Shown here in pieces: positions 1 through 12,540 of a stretch of DNA of 64,000 nt. Source of the DNA: Camelus ferus (Eukaryota); contig NC_045697.1 of NCBI RefSeq assembly GCF_009834535.1, positions 71,240,001-71,304,000 on the forward strand, written 5' to 3'. Position numbers and translations under genes: made by a program. The notes beneath the pieces were generated by a model that worked only from the letters and a program-made list of their open reading frames with translations, made no database searches and had not been told where the DNA came from. How positions within the stretch are numbered: position 1 is the first letter of the stretch; each line of letters opens with the position of its first letter.

Positions 1-999
1 ATCCAGCAATTATTTCAGTATTGAGACAGCTCTGTAGTCAATTTTTTAAATGCTCTTAATTTTTTTCCACTTTTTAGGAATTAAATAAATAATGCATACT
101 TCTAGATAGATTTTGAACACACATTCGCCAGAGTCTAAAGTGAAATCAATATTCTCCCAACTCCTAAAACCGACTCTCTGATATGAGGACTGTTAACAAT
201 TTGGAGTATATCTTTTCACACCTTTTCTTTTGTATATATAACCATGTATGTACATATGTAGGACTTTTAAACTTTTCTTTCATTTTAGAACACTAAATTT
301 CTCCCTGTCTTCAAGTATGAGCTTATAATGTGGCCTCTATGCCTTTTGTAATACAACTCTTACTTAAATATCACTTGATTCCAGTTATACATTCAGTATA
401 GCAACATCACTAAGTGTTGTAGCAATTTTCAGTGAACTATCACTCATGGATAACCTAAAACAATAGATAATCCCCAAATTTTAAACACTGGGGTTTGTGT
501 GTGTATGTGTGTGTATCAGAATTACCTTCCTAACTACGTTTAAGATCACTAATAAAATGGCCTTGCATGCCCTAAGATCACGTTGCTAGGGCGGTTCAAG
601 GAAATGTTTAAGAAGGAAGCTAGCCTGACATCAGAAACGTGTGACCCACATGTGGATAACCAAGACTGCAGAATACCAACACTGTTCCTAACAAGACAAA
701 AGAGTGACGGACAATTTCGAAAGAAATGAGAAACACAGAGTTACAAGTCAGCAAAAGCTCATAAGGCTTGCCAGGAAGAAACTAGCAAAAATCTTGGAAA
801 GAGTGGTTTCTCTAAAGGGTATAACTGTATTACTAATTTGATTAAACCATAAGACACCCTCTGTAAGGAACATCACTTCTGTCATTTCTGTATCAGTTTG
901 CCTGGTGCATTCACAGCAGTTTCCTGTGGTGATCCATGCCTGTCATCAGCCATACAATCGAGGTGGAATTGCCACCCAAATTAAACATCCCTCCCGCAT

Positions 1000-1370
1000 C
1001 TGCTATCCCATTGCTATGTTTATTTTTAACAATACTTATCACTTACTGCTGTTTTCTTGTTTACTTACTTAATATATGTCTTCTCCCACATGAATGTAAG
1101 CTTAAGAAAGGGCACTGTCTCTTTATTCCTTCATTCATACCAAAGAATATTTATTGAGCACCTACGTATGCTAGAAAAGGGTATAGAGTATTGAAAACAG
1201 GTAAAAATGTGTGCCCTGGTGAAACTCACATTCTAACAAGAAGAGAAAGACAATCCACTAGGAGCGTAAAATATAGAGTGTGTTAGAAGGTAATGTGTGC
1301 TGTGGAGAAAAATGAAAGAAGGAAGGAACACAGAGAATGCCCGCACTGAGAGTGGAGGTGCACGGTTGCA
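1000..1370. mobile_element. Two L2 3' fragments in opposite orientation
   Basis: tgaatgtaagctt...agggcactgtct on +, then cattcat...atatttattgagcacctac... on -. Both are typical L2 3' motifs. Confidence 0.6.
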
Positions 1371-1399
1371 ACTGAAATACCATCTCCAGCACCTAAAAG

Positions 1400-2048
1400 A
1401 GAACATGCAGACAGTGGATGAATACTGGCCCATGTAATAAGCCTGTCTGGCAAAAGCCAAAGAGCATAGCCCAACTCCCCGGAAACAGTGATTCGCTTTG
1501 AAACATGCGGATAACAAGACCAGAGTCACTCAGACACAAGAGACACTGGAGCAGGCAAGCACCACTGTATTTGGTGCGAACATGTAAGATTTGGAGCGAC
1601 TGTAGCCATTTTGCAATCATGAAAATAAAGCCATCAAGGTAGAAAGGCAGAGCCTAAGAGAGCAAAGGTACCAGCACTGGTGACATCATTTGACCGTCTG
1701 GTTCAATTGATTTCCAAAGATCTGACCATTGACTGGGCAATGCAGTTGCTTCAGGCAAGAAGAGCCTCGGAGAAGTTGATTCTATGTTCTCCCTTCTCCA
1801 GTCTTTTACCACTGAATAGAGCTTGTGTTTTATCAAAAAATAAAAATTTTAAAAAAATTAATGAGCTTCTAAATCAACTATATCAGCTCTTCTATGTGGA
1901 GAGAAACAACTTGCTTTGCTTTCACTAACAGGATTTCTCCTAGTGGCCATTTCCTCATTTGGAAAAGTTAGAGTCACTGTTGTGATGTTGTTTCATCCAC
2001 TCTGCGCTGGGTTTCCTATCACTTGCAATCTAATGAGTCTGTACTGAC
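1400..2048 (+). mobile_element. Old MaLR LTR (MLT1-type), interrupted
   Basis: tgtagccattttgcaatcatg...aaggcagagc, and a terminal gggtttcctatcacttgcaa...actgaca resembling the MLT1 end. Confidence 0.5.
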
Positions 2049-2362
2049 ATGCATTCCAATTTACTACATAAATATAATACAGTCTTCCCAGCACACATCA
2101 TGCTCATCGGTATGACCTTGTTTGAGTTTGGAATATTTCCTCTACCTTCCACTCCCAGCCTCACCTCTCTGACAATTCATAGCCTACTTCCCTATCTCTT
2201 TCACAAAGCTTTACCTGTTAACTCATTCACTGTTCATTCTGTCATTAAATACACATTTAGCAGGCCCTGACAGGCATTGAGAAAAAGAAAACTACTAAGG
2301 TACAGTCCTCATTCTTAAGGACACTTCAAAAAAGAATAATAATAAAAACAATCATCTTAGTT

Positions 2363-2489
2363 AAAAAAAAAAGGACACCATTGAACTTATCTACAAAACA
2401 GAAACAGATTCACACACATAGAAAATAAACTTATGGTTACCAGGGAGTAAAGGGGGTGGAAAGGGATAAACGGGGAATTTGAAATTGCA
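2363..2489 (+). mobile_element. Young lineage-specific L1 3' UTR fragment
   Basis: gaacttatctacaaaacagaaacagattcacacacatagaaaataaacttatggttaccaggg...gggataaa resembles the cetartiodactyl L1 3' UTR. Confidence 0.75.
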
Positions 2490-2638
2490 CCTCTTGGAGC
2501 GTGACGGAAATGTTAACTCTCTTGATTGTGGCAGTGGTTTCACTGGTGTCTACATCTACCAAAATTCATCAAATTGTACATTTGAAACGTGGAGTTTACC
2601 GTACAGGAACCATACCACAATAAAGATGTTAAAAAAAA
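2490..2638 (+). mobile_element. Old L1M 3' terminus
   Basis: ggaaatgtt...cttgattgtggcagtggtttcac...aaaattcatcaaattgtaca, then AATAAA (2619-2624) and an A tail. Confidence 0.75.
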
Positions 2639-5289
2639 TTGCTGCAAAAGCAAATGCAGACCAACGGCTGCTTGAACAGAATGATGTGGAGGAGACAATG
2701 GCAGAGTGAAGGGTGGGTGATCAAATATGTCCTTCAGATGGCCCACAACTCCCCTCACTTCCTCCACAACCACTGATGGTATCAACTTATAGTCCTACGT
2801 ATACCCAGCCCCCAACATGGGAGCATCTCTCCCCTAAAAGTTTCTAAGGTTCTTGAGGGCAGGAACTGTGTCCCATCCTTGTTATAAAAGGATGCTTTTA
2901 TAAATCTTTTATTCTTCTTATAAATCTCCCCAACTTTTTGCTATATAATAGAGAATAAGTCTTCCAATAAATGTTTATTAAATTCATATCTGGGTGTTTT
3001 GTTCTCAAACTTTTTTAAAGGACCATAGGTGCTATATCTAGCCCTAGTTAAGTTTCATTGCTTTTTGACAGAGTATTCATTTTCTCTTATCTGTTTTGAC
3101 AGCTGAATGCTTATCAGAATTGCTCATCCTAAACGCCATGAGTACAGGCGCCTCTTCCCAAGCCATCTCCACGTGGCCTCTAAATCAGCCTCTTTTTGTG
3201 GGTCGAAACAACTTCCGGCTTTGCTTTCACTAGTGGGAGTTCTCTTAGGAGCCAAAGAAGTGACTACTTTAGAGAATTTCACTTTTGAGCGCCATATACA
3301 GGAGTCACTACACGGTGGCAATGAGTTAGACAATTTCAACTGCCACAATACTCCTGAATCAGGCTGTTCTCAATTTAGAAAAAAAATTTTAAAAGGATGA
3401 TGAACTAAGTACAGCTTTTAGTCCTTACGACAGAGCAAACAACAATTAACCCAAAACGGGGGGAGGGGGTGGGGCGCACAGTATGTTCCTGAACAAAATT
3501 TCATGAATTCTTAAGAGCTGATGTGATTCAAAGGGGAAAAAACTGTTTTTCCCATATGGCGAACAGTGAATCTAGTTTGTGCTGAAGTGTTTTTCCATGT
3601 GATAATCTCATGTATTGTATCATAAAATCTGAATGTTTTAAAAATCTTTTTCCAAATCTACGTGGTCATTCATAGGCTATCATTTACAAGTTTGATAAAT
3701 CAATTTTCTAACCATACTGCCCAAATCTTATCTACTATTTCAAAATGTTATATGAAAATTTTGGTACAATAGTACTCTTAGTGCTATAGTCAAAACATAT
3801 TTTGGGTGAAGGAGGCTGCGGGAAGCCGGTCTAGAAACAAAACCCACACTTGTAACAATGTGTACTGTGGGCAAGCGCATTCCGAAGCTCAGGGCAGGAA
3901 AGGGTAAGCAGCATGGAAAGGTGCCCTGGTTTTCTCTCCATTCTAATCCCGCTGGCCTTGAGTATTTTCCTTACTTACTTCCTGGCTCCACTCCAGCGAT
4001 ATCATAAGCCCTATTTTCGCCTTCCCACATTTCCTCTTTTCCGTAAGACAATTTGGGCAGCGACTGACAGACCAGAGCCCGGTCCCAGGGATGAGAAAAG
4101 CTCAGGAGCTCTTCATTCTTCAGACCTCTAAGGGGACACCGACCAGCCCAGCCATGGCTGCGTCCTCTTAAGAAAAGAAGGAGTGCCGCTCCTTTCTCTT
4201 TGCAGTGCCCCCTCCTCCCCAGTATATTCCCCCCTGCTTTCCCACATCTAGAAGATGCTCCTTTGCCAGCCTGCGTGTCTGCTAGCACGGAGTGGGAAGG
4301 AGAGCAGAACTGCCCCCAGAGGCCCATGCCTTCCTTTCACCCCCATCTAGACATGCAATCAGGTGACTCGGGCAAGTCACTTCAGTTCCTTGGGTCTCAG
4401 ATGATCCGAGTTATTGCTAGATCACTCACAGTTCAGTATTTTCATTCCCCATTTGTTAAACATTCCTACAGCTTTGCTTTCATTGCATTTGCTTATTTGT
4501 TTTATGCTGTCTCTCTTCCGCTCGAAGAGAGCAGGGACAATGTCTGAGTTCTCAGAGGCTAGCACTGGCCCTGGCAGGCACCTATGAGCCATACTACATG
4601 CATAAGAAGAATGAATGTACATAGACAGGAAAATCAATATTTTAACATCTTAAAAGCAGGTCTGTTAAAGCAATAGGGAAAAAACAATGATCTGATTTCA
4701 GCAGCCACTGAACTAAGACTATGTTACCTGTGGGATGCCAGCATACCATCTTTGACTCTCCATGTAATACGGGGCAGCAAGAGCAGTGGTTCTCAAAGAG
4801 GAAGCAGAGTGGGAATGGGAGTAAGGGCATTGGAACCACTCATGAAAAGTGAGTGAGCTTATAGAAAGTGCTATGTTAGGGTGGGACACTAAGTATTCTC
4901 TTTCTGAGGGAGGCATTTATTTCCTCAAGTCATTCTGAAGCAGTGATGCTGTCAGCACATCATCTCAACCATGAACCATCAAATCAGATGATCATTGAGG
5001 CCCATCTAGCTTTAGCAATATATAATTCCCGGACACATACTAAATTTTATCAAATCTGTACTATTTTTTTTCCAGGAGTACTTTAGTATTATAATTTTAT
5101 ATCCACATGCTTAGATGCTAAAATTTTATGTCCTATAAATAGCGGATTTAGTGATTTATTTCATTAAGGCCTAAATTTTAGTCTCTAATACCACTAACTT
5201 CTAAGAGTATATTTTTGTGAATATTAATGAAAAAATAAATACTGATCAAAAGAATATCTATATGGCAAGGAAGAGAAAGAGAGACAGGG

Positions 5290-5490
5290 TAGGGTTTCTT
5301 AGCCTTGGCACTACTGACATCTGGGGCTGGACAACTCCTTGTTTTGGGGGGTTGTCCTGGGCACTGCTTAGCAGAATCCCTGGCCTCCACTCACTAGACC
5401 CCAGTACCCAACCCCCAGCCCTCGTCATGACAATGAAAAATGCCTCCAGACATTGTCAACACCCCACCCCTGCCACACGGGAAACCACTG
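5290..5490. mobile_element. MER20 (hAT-Charlie non-autonomous DNA transposon)
   Basis: ccttggcactactgacatctggggctggac...atccctggcctccactcactaga...aaaaatgcctccagacattg...gaaaccactg. Confidence 0.8.
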
Positions 5491-7519
5491 GGGGAACAGT
5501 ATTAGAATAATTTAACTAATATCTAGGTCTCAGAATACAAAATATCCATTATACACAAGGTAGGGTTATGGTACCAACAGGCAATTACTTCAGGGAAAGA
5601 ACTGCCTATCTGGAAGAATATTCACTCATTTGTTACTGGCTTAAATCCTTTTATGAATAATCAAATGAGTTTTATCAATATAGGCATCTATTTTTCTAAT
5701 TTGTACACAAAGCACACACAGCTGGAAAACCTCAAACATGAGCATATACATGGTCTAAGGCTATTATGGAATTCTAAATAATGTTTTCTAAACATTTCTG
5801 GAAATTTCCTTTTTGAAAACTGGACACCCTCATTCAAAATCTCATTGTAGATCTCATGATTTAAGACCACGTCTAGACAGAATAAAACAGAAAGGAGATT
5901 TGGCAATTCCTTTAATATGATTAGTTTGCTTTAAACTTTTTTCTTAGGGGTCTAAATTATAGCTTTCTGCTGTCAACACTAATAAATTTAACCAGATAAT
6001 TAGCATATTTACAAATAACTTTTGCCATGTAGACATTACCAACTGTAATGACTTAAAGATGTTTCCACCTCTTTCCATGAAACCTCTTAACTGGTCCTGA
6101 ATCCCAGAGGAAAGCATAAGAAAATGACTCAAATTCTGCAAGTCCAACACCACAGAGTGGGATCTTTCACCTTGATGAGTAAGACTCAACAGCTTATGAA
6201 TTTCAGACAAACTTCTCTGCAATTACATGGCCTCAAGAATGGTTCCTGCTCACTGAGTTTTCCTTTGTAACAGATCTGAAAACAGGCAAAGCTGGTTGCT
6301 TTTTGTTTTCTGTTTTTAATTTCTTAAGGACTATTATGTCTTTCAAGACTAACGTGTCGAGAGGAGACACAATGACTGTTTCATCTTAAAAAAATAAAAT
6401 TACATATTTTAAAGATGTTTTCATGAGAGAAATTTCCAAACTTTGTTAAGAATTACCAACCTTGTTAAAGTAATATTCGCAAATAAAATTTAATTAATTT
6501 CAATTAAAGTAACTTTTAAGTCCTTTTCAATTCTATTTGTGTCTCATTCACAGTGGAAGACAGGAGTTAACAATTACCTATCAGCTAGTATTAATTGTAG
6601 CTTCTATAATTAAATATATGCATTTAATGTATGTATACACACACACGTAACACACATGCAAACTTTTAAGTTTATTTTTCATCTAGAGTCTAACATAGTC
6701 CACATGTCCCCCAGCTCCTGCTACTCTTTATTCATTTCCCTAGCCCTTAACAGCTTAATGAGAAAGTTAAGGAAGAACAAAAAGAAAATGAATGAACTAT
6801 TTTCACTGTATTCCAGATTTTGATAAACCAGTTCATCTTTTTTATTCTTCTTTAGGTTAACCTCCTCAAAAATAATCAGGAGGTAATTAGGAGAATGTAT
6901 GCAGTCTCTCAAAATGGAACCCCCCATTCCCCTATTATTCCTATAGATTCTGGTGACTACGTAATTTTATTTAAGCGTTTTAGTCACAGACATTTTCCTA
7001 AGGGTTTCAACTAGATCACTCTGGTTTTGTTTCCCAATAACTTTTTTTTTTAAATAAAAGATAGCTTTTCTGACGTTTATTATTGCAGACATATGCAAAA
7101 ATTTACATTTATGTACCAATGAATAAGTAAGCAGTCATTTATCTAAGTTAGGAGACTTAAAACTATAGCTAAATTAGTCAATGACTCACAGTGACATATG
7201 GCTAAGTTACTGAATGTGTCCTTCTTAAGGGTCCTTTCTATAACACAAGTCTGCTGTAGAAATGTTTAGAAGTTAAATAAGAGCATGTGAAATAGCAATA
7301 TATTTAAACACTGAGAGATTCTTTAGAAAAGTTTTAATATTTGCACAGTTGGACACAATATCATTCCAGAAGCTTATAAAATGTCCCTATCAAAATATCA
7401 CTCATTTGGAAGTAGTAGCAAGTGAAATAACATAAAATGACAAAACAGGAAATATTTACACATTGCTGCTTCCCTCACTGTCTCTTATGGCCTGTTCTTT
7501 TTAATAAAGTTTGGTTGCG

Positions 7520-7670
7520 TTCTGTCAGTGACATTGGCAAGTGACAAGATCCCTAAGCCTCCCTAATCTTCTCTAATCTGTTTCTTTTAGAGTTGCAATA
7601 GGATTTATTCTAGATAATAAACACAATCTATTTTAGCACAGTGCCTATCACATAGTAAGTTCAAGAGTAA
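7520..7670 (+). mobile_element. MIR fragment
   Basis: gtgacattggcaagtgac...ttagcacagtgcctatcacatagtaagttcaa. Confidence 0.6.
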
Positions 7671-9466
7671 CTATAAGCTTCCATTTCAAAATGAAGAACC
7701 TAAGGCATGGAGAAAACTTACCCTCACACTCATTGACCATGTCCTAAGTGATTCCTTTATGGACACCATGAATTGGCTTCCTAGCACATGTCACTGCTGT
7801 ATCAGGATAACACAGCTGATCGATATAAGGTGTTGGAAGCTGGCCCAAGGTCTTTTAAAAACCCTATAACTTGACCATGTAGAGGGTAGATTGCCCAACT
7901 GCCTGGGCTGTCAGGAAGGGGAACCCACTGGGTGACCAGTCCTGGGAAAGGGTCAGCCATGCCAGCTCCCCCTACACATAGCCAGCTGTTATCAGAAATC
8001 TCTAAACATAACTTACCATGACAGAAGCTTCCACAAGCCTTTTCCCCTGTTGTTCTGTGCAGGAATAGTGGTCTGGGCAATGAGGAGCCCCTGCCCGAAA
8101 TCTCAGATATTGAAGGTCTGCTGCACACTGTTTTATTCATTTTTAAGTAAAACCATGAAGGTAAATTTTTCAGATTGGTTTTTCATGCCTTATCATAATG
8201 TTTTGATTATAGCTCCTTTGTTTGACTAGTTCAGCTGTTTTTACTTTTATCTCCACCACTTCAGGAGCCAGAGTACACTGCTGATACAAAGTAGTAAGAC
8301 CAGGAACAGGAGGGCCAGCTCTTAAAGGAGCAGGCTCTCCTCAGGCGGAATTGTGCAATTCCCTGCCCAGCTTTCTCAGCAGTGAGAGGCCAATCCCAAT
8401 GAATGACCCCAGGGGTTCTTCCCAGTTCCAGAGATCTAGGGGTCCGTTACTTGTATAGGTCTTACAATGGGCACAAGCCGATAGGTCTCACAGCTCCTTC
8501 TGCACCAGCATTACAGAACAGTGCTCCCCCCGACAGATTCAAGTGTCCCCAAGGTGCACCCCAAAGTCACTCAGCACCACAGTCTCATCATACTCCCTTT
8601 TAAACTGGACTGAGGCAAAAAGCTAGTAACTGGCTGTCAATACCCATACCTAGTAGGAATCTTTTTTTTAATAAATTTTACATATCAGAATTTTATAGTT
8701 TTTGTCCTCTACAACTCTGAAATGCTGAGGAACAGACACTTTGTAACAAACATGTAGTAAGCATCAATGAGCGATACTGAGAAAATGATTTATAATGTCA
8801 ACTACAAAATATCTAACTTATTTTCATCAGGTCAGAAGCATCAGTAGGTAAAGACACACTGATACTACTGCCTCCCTTTCTCATCAAGGACTGGTACTCT
8901 GCACATTCCTACAGCTACTTGAAAAGGCATTGTCTCAACACACTTTTACTAAATATCTACATGTGTCCAGCTCCGTGCTTGGTACTAGGTTTGTAGAGTA
9001 GATTACGATGAATGGTCTTTGCCCTGTAGGGAGCACAGTCTACTAAGGAAGAGTGGGAAAAGTGAAGTAAAAAGGCAAGTAACAGACTAATATGCTGACT
9101 GCTGTTTCAGAGAGACAAATAATTTGGGTCACAAGAACAAATAAGCTAAAATATCATCAACTTTATTTAACAGAGACAAAGTAGCAAGATTAGAGCACAT
9201 ACATATTAAACATTCCAAGCTGTCAAGTCAAACTCCCCATATAAACACTTTGTATCCACAAAATGTGAATTATCGTAACATTATAAAACATGTTTAGTCA
9301 GAAAACCTGTTTGGATCAAAGACTGGCAACGTCACACACCTTGGCTTTGGTTTTCCTGACACATAAAGGACAAAGATCACATCAAAACATAAACTGTGAT
9401 GACAATCTACTAAGGAAAAGGCATTAGTGTTACCATAGTGACAAAACAACTTTTGTCATTCCTTTT

Positions 9467-9497
9467 TTTTTTTCTTGAAGTATAGTCAATTTACAAT
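9467..9497 (-). mobile_element. 31-nt, extremely 5'-truncated young L1 with 16-bp target-site duplications
   Basis: The reverse complement attgtaaattgactatacttcaagaaaaaaa matches the L1 end at 54928-54950. TSD ttttgtcatt(c/a)ctttt at 9451-9466 and 9498-9513. Confidence 0.8.
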
Positions 9498-10944
9498 TTT
9501 TGTCATTACTTTTAAGCTAATATTTTAAATCACTTTATGGCACATACAGCATTTCATGCAGAGGTCCTAGTTGTTACTCCAGACTGTACTGTACCTGCTT
9601 CCCCCAAAACAATGTATTTCTGAATAATGCTGAGTTCTCTCCATACTAGGAATATCATTGTTCCTATCACTATTAATGGATAGTTTGGTAGTAATGGGAG
9701 AAAAAAGGGGAGGGGGGCAGTATTCAACTGAAAGTACTCAATCTTAGGAAATAATTTCAAAAGTCCTTAACTGAAGTCACCATCATTCATCGCAAATAGG
9801 ATCGTCTCAAATGCCAACACAGTAATCATATTTATACATGCCTTTATCTACAAATTTACATATATACATACATTTATATATAAAATGTCTTATTTATGTA
9901 ACTATATGTACACAAAAACTCTGATAACATATAAAGCATTCATGCCTTCAAATGTCCAAAACTTATTGAAACAAAGCTCAATTCATTTAATATCAAAAAC
10001 AACATGATACTCTACTGCTCATTCCATAATAGGCCCTCCCTACTCAAGTTATTTCCAATGAAATCAGTGTATGAATCACCCAATTCTCCTGTCATTCTTC
10101 ACCCAAGTAATGTAACAACATGCTCACTTGTAAGAAAAATTACCCTACTCAGGTTTTTAAAAGATGGTTTACATATGTTAAAAATTACAAAAAAAAATTG
10201 TATTTTTTTTACATATTTAATGATATGGTGCTTACTCCAAATAACAAGTTTCTTTCTAAAAAAAATTCATAGATTTTTTTTAAAAAAAATCACATATGAG
10301 CTCAAAGAAAACCACTGGATAATTAAAACATGCAAGCAAATATTACTTATATATGTTTTCTGCAATAATTGGCCCATTTAATATAGTTTGTAGAGTATCC
10401 TAAAGAAATTTCATTTTGGAAAAAAAGAAAATGAAAACAAAGCTAACTAGCTTCTACAAGGGTACACCTTTCCTTTGAGATAGTAATCTCACTGGTAGAG
10501 ATTATCTAGACTTCTGAATAATATTTATTCCATGTATGATAATAAGGAAATACTAAGTAAAATGTATAAATGCTATAGGAAAAGCTCTAGATTGAGAGTA
10601 AGGAGATGAATTTACTAAGTCATTCATGGCAGAAATATTTCCCAGCATGTGGCTGGGATAATGTCCCAGCTCTGTCATTAACCAGCTATGTAACCAGGGA
10701 CAAGGAATTCACCTCATCTTTGATCAGCTTTAAAATGTAGTTGCAGCCTCATCGTCAAGGTCCCTTCTGGCTCTAACACTCTGGGAAGATCAGGTGCAAT
10801 GATACATTATTATAAGCATTTTAGTATTACATAATTCCAGAAGCAAGGACAAACTTTCCTAAGTTCGCATACTAGCACAAAACAATGAAGACCTCTTGGC
10901 CTATACTGACACTTGGGTTACAGCATCCACTAATAAAAAGTTAA

Positions 10945-11160
10945 TTAACACAACAAGCCATGTCTAAGTCTGTCCTTACCATACACTTTATACAAAGCTC
11001 CAAATAATCTAAAAGCACTCATTGGTTACTTCTCAATATTATTATTCCCATTTGACAAAAGGAGAAATTGAGTCTCAGAGCCAAGAGAGTAATTTGGCCT
11101 GATCTCAGCAAGACAGCCCAGCATGACAAATCAAAAGCTCCTGGCTCTCGGCCACTGTCT
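10945..11160 (-). mobile_element. MIR
   Basis: attattccccatttgacaaaaggagaaattgagtctcagag core in antisense orientation. Confidence 0.6.
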
Positions 11161-11519
11161 TTTAGGAGTGCTGCAGTAAGTGCCTCCTGAATCACTCTAA
11201 ACAGAACTATAAACTAAAGTGCAAAGTTTGGGGCCAAATTTATGTTTCGCTTAAAAATTGGGAGTGGCCATTAAGTTTAGTTTGAGTGTTGCTCAAAGCT
11301 CTATCAGACTTCGAAATCCATCTCTTCGTTAAGAAACCCCAGAAGGATATTTCATAATCAAGAAGGGTTTCAATCTCCCCTGTGAACAGGTCAAAATGAG
11401 AAGGATGCATAATGGCAAAATCTATAGTCCTGCGTAACTATGTCTAAATTCAGTAATAATTTGTTCATGAAATGTGTAATTTTGACTTGTTTCAAATTAA
11501 CATGTTTGTATAAATGGCC

Positions 11520-12540
11520 AAAATTTCTATTTAAAAACTGTATTGGTACTTTTAAAATCACAAATGTAATGGATACCCACATTTCTTCCACCTTCACCTC
11601 TTCAACAATCTCACATTAACTCAACCCAATGGAAACTTCCATATTTTGACTAAGTGTACATAGAAATATACAAAGGTATGCATTTTATGAGATAATTGTT
11701 TTTATTAACAAAAAATGATATAAAATACAAGCTCATATATTTACATGCACATTAGTATCTGCAATTTATTTTGTTCAATTAAAAAATATCCCGTACGTTT
11801 TCCCAAGGATATAGATATCCACAAATTATTTTTCATATAGCTTCATGATATACCATAGTTTGAAACCTACCATATTTGGCTCAAAAGGTTTTCACTGATT
11901 TTTTGACTGATAAAAATACATTTTTAACAATTAACTTATATTAACAACAAAAAGATTCTTAACAATAGAAACTTCGTGTTCAATCCTTATGTATTGGTAT
12001 TTTCTGTATGTTGGATTCCTACAAGGACAAGATCACTGAGATAAAGTGAAGCCCTTTACAAAATTAAATCAATTTTCTGTCTACCACATTTTCTGCAAAT
12101 ATTTTTCTGCCTTTCTGCATGGTATCTTTTGCAAATGAGAGTTTTTACTTTTTATGTAACCAAATCTGTCAATCTTTGCTTTACGGATCAAAGTTTCATA
12201 GCAAGCTTTTAAAGTTATTTCAAAAAATATCATCAGGATATTTTACTAATGTTTTCTCCTAATATTTTTATTTAGATTGTTTTAGTTTAATTTATGTTGT
12301 TAATATATTTGGAATTTATTTTATACATGATATTAAATAAGTCTAAAAGTGATACCATATGATTTTTTTGAATAATCCTTGCCTTTTCTATTTAATATTA
12401 GAATGTCATTTTATCATTTAAGTAAATTTCACTATATACTAGAACCTGTTTCTTAATTTTGCCTAATAACGCTTATTTTTGTGCCAATACTGCCTTGTAG
12501 TTTATAAGTTTTAATTCTTGGTATAAGGACAACATTCTGC
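11520..12540 (-). mobile_element. Degraded old L1M fragments
   Basis: T-rich antisense L1 motifs such as tgcaaatatttttctgcc, tttttatgtaaccaaatctgtcaatcttt and tttgtgccaatactgcc. Confidence 0.55.

Noticed and set aside
4200..4325. Two CTCF-like GGGGGCA cores
   Set aside because: The 5' halves do not fit the CTCF consensus.
10004..10381. 125-aa ATG ORF
   Set aside because: AT-rich low-complexity sequence with no homology or exon structure.
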